Of a stretch of DNA of 64,000 nucleotides, positions 40,901 to 55,900 are shown piece by piece. The stretch spans positions 3,720,001-3,784,000 of the forward strand of contig NC_092680.1 in the NCBI RefSeq assembly GCF_964355755.1, given 5' to 3'. This stretch comes from Antedon mediterranea. Lineage: Eukaryota; Animalia; Echinodermata. The translations under genes were made by a program, and so were the position numbers. Position 1 is the stretch's first letter. Each line of letters begins with the position of its first letter. The notes beneath the pieces were generated by a model, which searched no databases, had not been told where the DNA came from, and saw only the letters and a program-made list of their open reading frames with translations.

Positions 40901-43900
40901 TCATTTATGGCCCTTGCAAAAACTAAACATATAAAACATTGAACATTAGTGATATGGTAAATAAAGGTCAATTTACACCGACGAGAGGTAACGGTAAGCT
41001 AGGCCCAAAAAATAAAGGAGAACAAAACTAAAATAATGTAAATGTCTGCATTAAGGATCTTTCACACCTGTTCTGGCACGGTTCTGGTCTGGCACCGGCA
41101 AATCAAATCAGATGTTTCGTTTTTGAGACGCTTCACATGGCTTAAGTCAATCAATATGTGCGTAGTTGCATGAAAATGAAACATTGGCGTTATCTTTGAT
41201 TTGGAATCGTGCCGGATATTGACCATAACCGTGCCGAAAAAAGTGTGAAAGTCCCTTAAACCGAAACCCTGCATATCATGTAATGTACTGTATAGCCCAA
41301 CATTTTGCACGCCATTAATTTTCATGGCTTTCGCGATGAGAAAACAATCGAAGAAATAGCAAAAATAGTGAAATTCCCAACAATGTTTTTACTTCATCTG
41401 ACTGTAAGCCTAGATAGAATAGTGTTTAAGTATATACAGTTGTTAATGCACACATGGTATAAATAGAATGTCACTGGTTGAAGGTACACACCTAATTGGT
41501 GACAGTGGCTTAGGCTGCTTTTGTGCTTTCCTGGCAGCTAGTGACTATGTGGAGGTACACACCTGATTGGTGACAGTGGCTTAGGCTGCTTTTGTGCTTT
41601 CCTGGCAGCTAGTGACTATGTGGAGGTACACACCTGATTGGTGACAGTGGCTTAGGCTGCTTTTGTGCTTTCCTGGCAGCTAGTCACTATGTGGAGGTAC
41701 ACACCTAATTGGTGACAGTGGCTTAGGCTGCTTTTGTGCTTTCCTGGCAGCTAGTCACTATGTGGAGGTACACACCTAATTGGTGACAGTGGCTTAGGCT
41801 GCTTTTGTGCTTTCCTGGCAGCTAGTGACTATGTGGAGGTACACACCTGATTGGTGACAGTGGCTTAGGCTGCTTTTGTGCTTTCCTGGCAGCTAGTGAC
41901 TATGTGGAGGTACACACCTAATTGGTGACAGTGGCTTAGGCTGCTTTTGTGCTTTCCTGGCAGCTAGTCACTATGTGGAGGTACACACCTGATTGGTGAC
42001 AGTGGCTTAGGCTGCTTTTGTGCTTTCCTGGCAGCTAGTAACTATGTGGAGGTACACACCTGATTGGTGACCGTGGCTTAGGCTGCTTTTGTGCTTTCCT
42101 GGCAGCTAGTGACTATGTGGAGGTACACACCTAATTGGTGACAGTGGCTTAGGCTGCTTTTGTGCTTTCCTGGCAGCTAGTGACTATGTGGAGGTACACA
42201 CCTAATTGGTGACAGTGGCTTAGGCTGCTTTTGTGCTTTCCTGGCAGCTAGTCACTATGTGGAGGTACACACCTGATTGGTGACAGTGGCTTAGGCTGCT
42301 TTTGTGCTTTCCTGGCAGCTAGTGACTATGTGGAGGTACACACCTAATTGGTGACAGTGGCTTAGGCTGCTTTTGTGCTTTCCTGGCAGCTAGTGACTAT
42401 GTGGAGGTACACACCTGATTGGTGACAGTGGCTTAGGCTGCTTTTGTGCTTTCCTGGCAGCTAGTGACTATGTGGAGGTACACACCTGATTGGTGACAGT
42501 GGCTTAGGCTGCTTTTGTGCTTTCCTGGCAGCTAGTCACTATGCACTATGTGGAGGTACACACCTGATTGGTGACAGTGGCTTAGGCTGCTTTTGTGCTT
42601 TCCTGGCAGCTAGTGACTATGTGGAGGTACACACCTGATTGGTGACAGTGGCTTAGGCTGCTTTTGTGCTTTCCTGGCAGCTAGTCACTATGCACTATGT
42701 GGAGGTACACACCTGATTGGTGACAGTGGCTTAGGCTGCTTTTGTGCTTTCCTGGCAGCTAGTGACTATGTGGAGGTACACACCTAATTGGTGACAGTGG
42801 CTTAGGCTGCTTTTGTGCTTTCCTGGCAGCTAGTGACTATGATTTTATATTTTCTTTTGCGCTGTGGTTGTTTAATTTGTTGATCTGTATTGTATTTTGT
42901 AAAATGTATCTTTTGCCTAAATAAATAATAATAATAATAATAATAATAACTCACTATTTGTACTATCATTACTGGATGTTGAGCTGGCTTTTACGCTTTC
43001 TTGTGTGCTTTCCACATTAGTGACTTTGGTTGCTGAACCCAATACCACCGTCTCCTCCTTGTTGTTGTTGACTGGTTTCCATCTACCATCTTGTAAGAAA
43101 TGTATCTCATTGGTATCGGGTGATGACTGAATAATCTCTTGGAATAGCCTACAAAAAAAATGAATCAATACATAGTAAAATTCGTCTTGGATTTAGTAGT
43201 TTAAACTTTTACTTATATGATTGTGGTTTAGCTGCTTCTCCCATTTTGTTTTAAGGTAGTACTGGTTCTGAGGACCCATTTCACTTTTGTATTCTTTGCC
43301 TTTTATTCTTTATTCCGACATACACTACTCACCAGTGTTGATGAAATTGTTAAATATTTACTTGATCAAGACTCTACTCTTACTTCAATCAATCAATCAA
43401 AATCTTACTTATTAACTTACAATCAACTTTTATGTACCGTAATATTTTTGTTTTTATTAACTACTCTTTAAAATAAGCAAAATATCATTTTATTAAACTG
43501 TTCAGAAATGTATAGTCGATTCTAAAAGATTTTTTATATAGATTTTCGTTGTTATATATTTCCAAGTTTTGTTGCTAAGCTCATATTTGCTATATGTTGC
43601 AGAAGCTGCTTGAGATGAGACTAAGGCTGTACCTTGTGAAGAGCCTTTGAGCGAAATATTGAATAAAAACTAATTTTTTTTAAATAGCCTACAAAAACAA
43701 ATCCAAACAAATTAATAGGAGGCCTACATTTTAAATGAATAAAAGGTAAACTTACCCATCAAGAACAAGGAGATTAAACGGTGCTTTCTTATCACATACA
43801 GGACAGATCCATGTGGCTTTCCTGAAATTATAAAATAAGTATCAATAAACGTCAATATATACCTGTCAATCAATCAATCTGAATCCTCAGAAGGTGTAGT

Positions 43901-46900
43901 GTGCTACATATAGCCCTACTTTTAACCAACACATACTTAATATTCTAACTCTTAAGGCTGAGGGCTACAATGTAAATTGTCTCGGAGCTCAGGGTACATT
44001 ACTCATGAATAATGAGCCTTTAAGCAAAGGACTGAGGTTGAGTTACATTACAGCAATTTTGAATTTGTTTCAAAATTGCACAAACTGAGATGGTTTAAAG
44101 TTGCATGGAGACTCGACTACACACTAAATTTACAGTGTGAATTCATATTATACTTTATGATGATCAGTCAATTCTCTGCACTGCATTTCAGTATAATAGT
44201 ATTATTAAAGTGTCACATACAGTATGTATTATGTGGCACCTGTAAGTTAATGTTTGTCAGGTAAGGATTTTTGCCTAGATACTGGGATCACATGTGAAAG
44301 ACATGTTATTCTGTATCAAGGAATTTGGATATGATACTATACACTATACTGAGAATCAGAATCTATTTTCGAAAATTCAATGTCCTTACTTTTCGTTCAT
44401 CATGAGGTAGAGGGCGGCATCAAAACACTGCAAATGCGTACACGTACTTGCTCGACAGGGAATCTGCATACGCATTTTACCGAGTGGGCATAGTAACGAC
44501 ACTCTTAAACTTGTGGTTGCTATTTCACTATCTGCGTCATGAGATAACTTCTCTTTAACTGTAAAGCAAAACCAAACATAATTATCCTTACAAAATAAAA
44601 AAAAATGTTACTGTTGAGTAAGCGACTACTGAATTGACTACTACCGTATATTCTCTTCTATAGTATAATCCCACCCCTTAAAACATGAAATTGGGCTGAC
44701 TTTGGGGTGTGGGACTATACCCAGGGAAACCATGGTTCATGACAAAAATGACTGTTGAAGCATTTCTTGAAAAACTCATTTGAACTGGCTAGAGAGTGGC
44801 CTACATCCAGACCAAAAGTCAATACTGGGACTATACCCGGGGATATGCCTGTTGGTGAAATAAGACATAAAGTAGGGGGTGGGATTAAACCTGTATATTA
44901 AATTTTTCTATTTTGAGGTTAATGGATTCAAATTAAGCCGATTCTTGCCACGTTTTAAGAATCACCAATTCACCTTTAATAAATTTATACTGTTGAAAAT
45001 AAAAATCAATATTAGAATATTTTACAATTGTATAATCTATGCTACTGTATACCTTGACATACTTTCTTTATAAATAAACCCATTAATAATAATTACTACA
45101 TTTTTTTTCTAGTTAATACAGTACTACTCAAATTATCAAATTTTATACATGCAATTTTCTTGTAGATTCAATTTGTAATTTTTTCCAAAAACAGTTTGTA
45201 ATCACTTGTTTGTTTTGTTGGCCGTCCTCATGATTGGGATCAGGACAAAATTGACCGTTTGCGAAGGAAGACCAACAATTTATGTGCTTGATATGATATA
45301 TTTATTTTTGTATTATTTCAATAAAAATAATAGACAAATCTTTAACTCAAGGTGGAATGTTTTAAAATGAAGTGCAGACAACCAAAGTTTTTTTTTATAG
45401 AATGGTTATATATCCGAAATGATTATTTTAAATGTTTGCATTGTGTCCACCTACACCAATAATTAAGCATACAAATAAATATTTATTATGCAGATAAAGG
45501 TTAACAAACATGATTTATATGAAAGTCATTTTTTTTTCTCATAACAATTTCATTTCATTTTCATTTATTCTTTATTTGTTACAAAATAAATATACAGTCT
45601 AGATATAATAAAACAATATTTTATACCAAAAAAAATACCAGGAAGGCTCGTGACTGGTATGTACTCTCTAAAGAATATGTTTCTAGATTTCATCCACTGC
45701 TGAGCCATTGTAATTACACATGAACAAACTATTAATTTATGAAACATTTGATCTTATAATTCTTTGAGAAAATTCATAAATCGATAGATTTCCTGATATT
45801 TTCCATTAGGCTAAGCCAACAAACATTGTTGATGCATTATTATGGCATGATATTGATAAACCTTGGAAGTATCAGGGACGTGCAAAGAAATAACACAACT
45901 TTGACATAACTTGTTATAATATTAAAATCATATTGGCAATATTGGTCAATAAGCAGATAGAAATATGTAAACGAAAACAGTAATTCACCTTTTACATTAG
46001 TAAAGTAGTTCATATCTACTCACAAACACATTATAACAAATATACTGCCGCTGCTATGCCACAGTGTTAAAGTGAATAAACCCATTGCAATTAGTAAATG
46101 AGATAAATTCATGGCTAAAGCTCTGTCTACACTATCAAACTAAATGTGATGGGCCCATATATGGACATGATGATGTCATATCACTACCATATTTGGGATT
46201 TATAACAACCATATTTGGGTACATCAGATAGTGTAAACAGAGCTTAATTATACACTGTAGTATCAATAAAAAAAAGTAATATTAACATTTCAAGCAAATT
46301 GAAAATAATAATGAGGTATGTTGACAGACACAATGATGTACAGAGTAGTAACCATGTGAATATAACATTAATGTTTTTAATATCTTGTGAAAAATACTAT
46401 AAAAAATTATGAATTAAATTGTTCGACACACTGTTTATGTGCAGATATTTATTATTTTCAAGAAATTAATTCTATTTACAATGTTTTTATTAATTTGGAT
46501 ATTGGGCCTCATGAAAAATATACATATTTGAAAGTATTTCATAAAGTTTTGGAGGAGTTCACTGTAATTTTAGAGGTGCAAAAAAGTTATGTCGAAATTG
46601 CTGAGGGCTAAAGACTAAAGAAAAGAAAGGAGACTTAGGCTGCTGTTTTCTTGAAGAAAAAAACAATTTTTTTTTTATATTTTCAAAAATATTTCTTTGT
46701 GATTTTGCATCAGGACTGTTTTAGAATAAATAAATGATATTACATGCTTTGTTGTGTGATAATAAACCACTGCACATGATATTTTAGAGTCTGCAGTTGA
46801 AATAGGTCATTGAATATTATGTATTCATGTCTATTCACATGTCATTAAGGTCTAGTATGCATTCACTGAAAAAGGAATATGTCATATTTACAGTATTTTT

Positions 46901-49900
46901 AAATAAACCACCCTGAATTTGTAACTACATTTAATATTTTTCATCTAGAAATAGAAATTGAAAACTGCATGATTAGGTTAATTAATCAATTAATATTAAT
47001 AATCCTTATGAAAAAAAAATATGTAACTAAATTTAATATTTTTCCATCTAGCAACAGAAATTGAAAATTCGTTTTAATAATCCTTTTTTAAGATTTTAAA
47101 ATAAAAAAAATGCAAATTAATTTTTACGATAAATTGGATTCATTTATTGTATTGGGTATATTTTGAAAGAATGTTGCAACATCAAGTTCTATACAGAACG
47201 AAAGACAACAATTCTTTATACATATATTATTTTAAAATATATTATTTTAAAACAAATAAATAGTCATTATATCCAACAGATTTATCACGGATTCTTTTTT
47301 CTTTCCTTTTAGAGCATTGTTAATAAACAAATATGTTTATTTATACTACAGTACTGATAGTTGTTTTCAATTATCAGTTGTTGTATTCATTATAAACAAA
47401 ACTGAAACTTCTGGTATAAAATGTAGCTAAAAATAATAATATTTTGTAAACAAATTTCAACTCTGAACATTCAAATTGTTATTACTGGTATCAGGGACAA
47501 GACATTCTGAATTATGAAATATGTACTCTTGACATTGTAATGTCATAACATTAGAAACTTTGTATATATAAATATATTAACAGCATTCAATTCATATTAT
47601 CATAAATTATTTGAGCAGGTCTTCCTAATTAATAACAACTATAGAGCTATTTTTAGATTGCGTAAGGACAACGACCTTCAGAAAATATTCAAATAATTTT
47701 CACGGTTCACTGAACAATAAAGCACTGTAAGTTTCTAATTTGCATATGAATTGATGTTATTGTTGTGCTACTTTACAGTGGATAAAGCAAAATAAGGCAA
47801 GTCTTGAAGTACTGTATAGTCATGAATATGTTGTACGGGATCGGATTATCTGATCAATGGTATAACACAAACATTGACAATGAAATCAATATTAAAAATA
47901 AAATCCCTATTCAAGAGACAAATTCGGGATCCAACAAAGTGCCCCCAATAGAAAAACTCCTATGGGTTGGTTGTAGTGTTAAAACATATGTACAGTATAG
48001 ATTAATAGTAGTCCCTCATTTCATTTTACAAGAAAGTTCCTCCTTAGAAGAGGTATCACTTTAACAGGTTGACCCAAAGGAGAGGTTACTGTGTAACATG
48101 AGTTTGGGATTATTGTTATAAGAATAGTCTATCAGTATCAATCAATGCATTTAATCAAAAATAAATTTCTAACTTGAAGGACTTGAAAATTGTAGCATCC
48201 ATAATAAATACAAAAATAATTATGGATGACCTTGGGTCATAATTGCATGCTTCGATAAGACAGGGGTTGCATATGACTTCCTATTTCAACAGAATAGGAA
48301 GTGTTTTACATTCTGGATTTGACTCAAAATATGCTAAAGTGTTATAAAACTGTAACACAGAGGTCAATTTTTCATCTTTAACCTTTTTTTTTTTTTATAA
48401 CCTGAAATTGTTGAGTAAAAACATATCTTTCAGGCAATACTAAAAAAAAGATAAGTCACTGAACATGAACTTCAAAAAATGTATTTTAATTTAATTGGTG
48501 TAGCAATTGCGTGTGTTAGTTTTGACGGACAAAATGTTGTTGTTTTTCTTGAACAAATAATAAAATTATCATAACTATGTCTTATAATTTATTTAATTAT
48601 GTTTAATATACTACATTTCAAAGTATAAATGCGGAAAAAAAATTTCTCAATAATCACATAAAAGTGTTTTTGTCTTTAAAAAATTAGCATGCAATTGGTG
48701 AAAATTTATTATGCCGTTTTAATTGTACTTTAATCACTGTAAATCCTTTGGTTATTAACTATTCTTGATAGAATGGCAGAAAGTCATAATGGCAAAATGT
48801 TTTATGAGGAAAAATAATATCAAATGGCATATCTTTGAAAATAATGACATTATTTGAGGTGTACTTGCGTGTGTTAGTTTGACAGACACTACGCTTGCGT
48901 GTGTTAGTTTGACAGACGAAGCTGTGGGTGTGGGTGTGTGTGTTGTCTGGAAAACACTATTGGGCATGTAGTTTGAGAAAAAAAATGATAAGAGTACACT
49001 TTAGGTGTGAAGGTTGGCTATTTATTAAAAATTACCAATATTTTAATAAAATCCAAATACCGTTATGTAATCTCCGACATACAGTAATTTTCACTTGGCA
49101 AATTCAACTACCGGTATACAATACTTGCATGTATAAAAACACAACTAATGTCATCAAAATGGTTTGAAATATTTAAATTGAAAATTAATCTGAAACAATT
49201 ATCTTAATTGCCTAATTATTATACAGTCAACATGAAAACGTGCATGATGCATAAATAGAACATCTTTCTCTATACAATTTTGAATGGACGGCACCTCTTG
49301 AATTAGTTTTCGGGGTTGGTGAGCCCTTATTTATCTCTTCTATTTTTACTTTTATTTTTAAAACCATTCTGAAAATACAGCAAGTACAGAAAAAAATATT
49401 AATTTTGTATTTATTTTATTAATATTTTTATTTATTATATTAGTAAATCTATATGTTTTATTTATTTAATATTTCTTTAAATATTTTTATTTATGTTAGT
49501 AGGCCTACATTTGATTTATTCTTTTATATTTTAATTTGTTTTATTTCTATTTGTTTTAATTTAGTATACTTAATTATTATTGAGTTAATACTAATTAAAT
49601 AGCCTGTTAGTTACTTAACTATATTTTTATTATAGGTATTAATATTTATAGTATCTATTTATTTATAATTATATTGGAATAAATTTTATACTTCAAAATT
49701 ATTTTACCATGCTAATCATCAACACACAAAATGAAACTAAATTGTTTAATTCCATTAAATTTTTTTTTTATGAAGTATAAAAGCTATTAAAATACGCTAT
49801 TTGTAATTGAAATGAAATACACGATCTGCCAAATCCTTATATACACGGCCGCCGTCCGTCAAATATAACGCACGTGTTCGCCAGCGCTCCTCCGGAGACG

Positions 49901-52900
49901 GAATACCAGCGATTGCTACTTGTTTGAAGTATAGGCTTAGGCCTAGTTATAAAACCTAGGAATTACATGTATTAAAACTTGAAAAGAACATTCCATGATA
50001 TTAAAATTAACTAAAATCTAACCAATAAATATGTCAAGGCCTAACGCACGGAAGAAATATCTGTCAAATATAACGCACGATTTAGAAAGGTCAGTCAAAA
50101 CACTGAGCAAATTAGCCTAGGCGTGTGCCTATCGCTGTCGCTTGAGACAGTTCGCCCTAATAGCCGTACCGAGGTAATTATTAGGCCTAAAATACCATTA
50201 GAATTAAATATATAAAGCCTAAACTATGTATTTATGTTCTAAATGTATTTATTTATGATTTCTAATAATGTTAAGTACTTACGTGCGTTATATCTTGCGT
50301 GCGTTATATTTTTGACAGAAACTAGTTTTCGTTGTTTAGCGACGCAAGTTTACATTCTGTGAAGAATTTTTGCAGCGGGAAGCCATCGCGGGAGCTATAT
50401 TTGTAGGCTGCCATGTAGTATCGTCTGTTTGCTCATTCTCGGCGGTAATGACAGGAAAACATTGCGTGCGTTAGTTTTTGACAGACAATGGTGACATTTT
50501 TTTTAAATCGGGATTTATATACAATTAAATTACATAACATTTAAAATCTGATGCATTATATAGAGTAAACATATCCTTGAATTGTTTAACATTTTGGTTT
50601 TCGTATTGCCGTTGTTCTAGGCCTAACCCAGCCTAGGCCTAGTCAAACTTGATTGTTGACGGACACAGTAACGCACGTCAGCACAAGCAAAGATATTAAT
50701 TTATTATACAAAAATAAAATATTGTGGTGTCAATATATTGATTTTATTTATTGTTTATACATGTACTTCCAATATCCCAATCAATATTTTTTATTATACT
50801 TCACAATTATCAAATATAAATTGGATTATGAAGTGACACTCAAAATGTTACAAATTCATGGTGTGAGAATAGGCCATTATCACAACAAATTTGAAATTTA
50901 AAAAAAAAATAGTGGGTGGAGTGAAATGAAACTGTGTAAGTTATACCGTTGCATGTTAAACTATCTATTAATTCCCTACACATATTAGTGTATAGTATAT
51001 AATATTTTTTATAAATACAAATTAAAATGGCATTTTATGTAACACCTTAGCATATTTTGACTCATTTAAAAGATAATGAATATATTGGTATCTATCTACT
51101 CAGTTATACGATACCAAAATAAACTGGTTTGTCCATGGCCAAGGAAGTGCTAAGTCTACCCAAGTTTCATAAAGTAAAGCTCTGTCTACACTATCAAAAT
51201 GTATGTGCCCATATGGAGATGATGATGTCAAATCACTACCATATTTAAGCATATTACTAACTATATTTGGGTATATCAAATTTTTGTCAAACTAGTTTGA
51301 TAGTGTCAGACAGAGCTTTAGACATTGGTTTCGCTGGGCTGCATAGGTGGCCTAGCATGGTCGCAGGCCTAGGTAGGCTCATGAATTTGATTCCTATAAC
51401 AAAAACCATACTATTAAAATGCTCAGTTTTAAGGTTTTTGATAACCACAGGGCAATATCAGTAATGAAATCCCTGGAGTGGGATTTATTTTTATTTTATG
51501 TCTTTAGGCATATGAGGCCAAGGATTACTAATAGTAAATTAATCACCGTCCTATCAGATAGGTGGTAATCCCCAGATACAGGGGCTATTTTGTAAACCAG
51601 TTCACCGGAGTAACCCCCCTACTTGTCTAAAATGATGTGTACACTGGACCTACGGTTTATAGTTCGAATCGGCCTCGAACCAACGCCAATTGGATAGCAC
51701 ACAATGTTAAATGTTAAACAACATTAAAATTAAACATTAAATAGGGTGGGATAACACACAATGTTTAATAACATTAAAATTAAACATTAAATAGGGTGGG
51801 ATAACACACAATGTTTAATAACATTAAAATTAAACATTAAATAGGGTGGGATAACACACAATGTTAAATAACATTAAAATTAAACATTAAATAGGGTGGG
51901 ATAACACACAATGTTTAATAACATTAAAATTAAACATTAAATATGGTGGGATAACACACAATGTTTAATAACATTAAAATTAAACATTAAATAGGGTGGG
52001 ATAACACACTATGTTAAATAACATTAAAATTAAACATTAAATAGGGTGGGATAACACACAATGTTTAATAACATTAAAATTAAACATTAAATAGGGTGGG
52101 ATAACACACAATGTTTAATAACATTAAAATTAAACATTAAATAGGGTGGGATAACACACAATGTTTAATAACATTAAAATTAAACATTAAATAGGGTGGG
52201 ATAACACACAATGTTAAATAACATTAAAATTAAACATTAAATAGGGTGGGATAACACACAATGTTTAATAACATTAAAATTAAACATTAAATAGGGTGGG
52301 ATAACACACAATGTTTAATAACATTAAAATTAAACATTAAATAGGGTGGGATAACACACAATGTTAAATAACATTAAAATTAAACATTAAATAGGGTGGG
52401 ATAACATACTATGTTAAATAACATTAAAATTAAACATTAAATAGGGTGGGATAACACACAATGTTAAATAACATTAAAATTAAACATTAAATAGGGTGGG
52501 ATAACACACAATGTTTAATAACATTAAAATTAAACATTAAATAGGGTGGGATAACACACAATGTTTAATAACATTAAAATTAAACATTAAATAGGGTGGG
52601 ATAACACACAATGTTTAATAACATTAAAATTAAACATTAAATAGGGTGGGATAACACACAATGTTAAATAACCTTAAAATTAAACATTAAATAGGGTGGG
52701 ATAACACACAATGTTAAATAACATTAAAATTAAACATTAAATAGGGTGGGATAACACACAATGTTTAATAACATTAAAATTAAACATTAAATAGGGTGGG
52801 ATAACACACAATGTTTAATAACATTAAAATTAAACATTAAATAGGGTGGGATAACACACAATGTTTAATAACATTAAAATTAAACATTAAATAGGGTGGG

Positions 52901-55900
52901 ATAACACACAATGTTTAATAACATTAAAATTAAACATTAAATAGGGTGGGATAACACACAATGTTTAATAACATTAAAATTAAACATTAAATAGGGTGGG
53001 ATAACACACAATGTTTAATAACATTAAAATTAAACATTACTTACTTAATGCCCGTGTATGGTCTGCATTTCTAAAACCATTACTGCGTAATCTTTGTAGT
53101 AATATATCTGAAGTTAGTTGTTTTACAAGGTAGACGGCAACACAGTATTGCTATAGAGAAAAAAACATCAATAATTTGTATTCCTTATACAACACATGTT
53201 AAACTTGACCTTGATATTTTATTTAGTATTCAAGGAATACATGTAAAAGACCTACACTACAGTTAGATTTCCATGACATTTGTATCCAGTTGTACACAGT
53301 ACTGTAGGTTAACATTTCATAGTAAAGAAAAATTTAATTTTTTAAAGAAATGTTATAATTACTTACTCGACCAAACTCTTGCGCCCACGTTATATCTACT
53401 CGGTTAGGTTCATTTAAGTTCGGGCGTATCAGATGCGTAATGTTCACTGGCCGACTTGGTCGTCTTGGTTCCGCACCTGCCTTACTTTGTGGCAGAAATG
53501 CCTAAAAAAATGAATTAAAAATACACACAATTAATAAACTAATTCTCTTCATTTACTAATTGAAATACATAGTAGTTTAGTACTGTATGTATAGTAGCAA
53601 TAGAACCTATGGAACATAAAAGCAAAAACTTCCAAAAATGATTGGACAAATACTGTAAATATATCTTATCTCAATCTTATCTTTAAAAAATATAAATTAC
53701 AAAAAGAACCAAAAACAATTAAACACATTAATATAATAAAGTAATCAAATAGATTACACTAAAACATGAAATACCAAAATACTTAAAAAAATTACCATAA
53801 ATATTTATATATGATAGAGAGTACAGTCCCTACAGTACAGTATTGCTCGTTAAACAAAAATGGTATCATAAATTCATCATTAATTTTTACAAAAGAATCA
53901 ACAGTTCATGCTAGTTAATATGCTTCTTGAAGACAGGATTTACATGAAAAACAAATTAATAACTGATATAATACAGCAGGGAATTCCCCTGAGATTTCCA
54001 GGTCAACGGACTGATGTCTATATGGCTCAGGTCAATTTCCTTTTTTGAAAGGTTAACAGGAAATGACATCATAGAACACCAGACTAATGTAGGAATCATT
54101 AATTGACATCGGGTTATAATTTTAATTGCTTCCATAAGTATTTCTTTGTTTGGTACAACATAGTACAGGTTCCAGGTAGCACTATTTAAAATAAAATGAT
54201 TTCCTAAATAAATTAAATAGTATGGAATTGTTACGACGGTCTTAACAGACATATAACTGGAAATTCCCAAATCATGTCATTATAATCTCAAATCATACAG
54301 TAATTCTAAGGAATACATTGACTGGAAATAACAGGAATAAATAATAATAAATAAATAAAATGTGTGGAACACAAATTTAAAAAGATATAATGATCATTAT
54401 TAGTATACATTTAATTTATGAAGTTATTATCAATAACTGCATAAATTAAATGTGACCAACCTACTGGATAAGTGCAACTACTTAAATAGTAAATGATATA
54501 TTTAAAATGGAGTTCTGCAAAGTATAAGATGATAATAATGATGATGATGATGATGATTACAATTATTTGGAATACACCTACATTTAACAATATTGAAAAT
54601 CTCAGATGTAAGTAATGATTAACAATTTACTCCTTTTTCATATTGCCTCACTATTATTAAGTATTATTATACTATTACTAAATTTTAAAAAAATTACTTT
54701 TAACACAAACTGAAATCAATACTTTTAAGTGTTTCTTTCAATTCTTGCTTGTTGAAATGTAAAATGAATTTGTGCAGTAGCCTAGCAACATTTCAAAATG
54801 TCTTGAAATATTTCATCTTAAAGATTGTAAAAATAATTCAGTATTAAACCAGGAACCGGATTAAAAAAAAATAAAATTATAAGTATATATAATAAGATAG
54901 GAAAACAATTAGGTAGCACAATAAGATTTGAGCATCATGTGATCCGTGTATTAATTGCAAAATGCCTACAAGGAACAGTAATACCAGAAAGTTAAATTCG
55001 CAGTAGGATGAAGATTGTAGGTAGTGTCAGGTTTCTGTTTTTGACACACCCTGTAGGGTAACCCGACACTGCTGATATAAACTACAGGTAGTAGTATAGC
55101 CTTGAATTCATAACTACAGACCACTACAATCTAAACAATTATTGAATGTTGAATATTACAGAAGTGAATAACATTAAGAAGAGTGCAAAATGGTCTATTT
55201 AAAATTATATTAATCTTCATTTTTCATGTTTTTGGGGGACAATACAATATACAATACTTTAGGTATAAACCAAAATCATAATCTCTAAATTACAGTAATA
55301 TGCAAAGTAATTAATGAAGGAATAATGTTGTCAGTTTTAAGGTTTAATAATTGTGAACATAGTACTACCTACCACTACTAATACTATGGAATCAGCTAAA
55401 TTTGTGTTTTTGAATAAGGGTCTGTTTCTGCTCCAAAAAAAAATAAATAACTGGTTGACAACCATGTAAATAAAATAACCCCAATTTCTTGGCAGAAGAA
55501 AAAGGACCAATTTTCAATAACCGGTTAAATAGCAGCCTGAAAATAACGATTAAAACACCCAATCGATTAGGTGTTAGAACGATAAAATAAAAATTAATTG
55601 ATTGACCACCATTGACCTTTGACCCAACTATTGTTATCATCTTGATAACCATCTGAGTGCATTTTGGGTAATGTTAATGTTTTTCATTGACAACCACAAA
55701 CTAATTTAAACAGGTTTTATAAATTTAGCAGTCCTGATGCAGTTTACATAAAAATTACATTTTTTATCTATTTTGAAATACAAAACGGTTTATTTGCTGA
55801 GGCAGAGCATCTAAAACTATATCTGTTGAGTTGTAAGATTTATTTTACTGCCTCATTGTACTATAAACCTTTGCAGTATTTCCACCTACCCTCAACTTTT

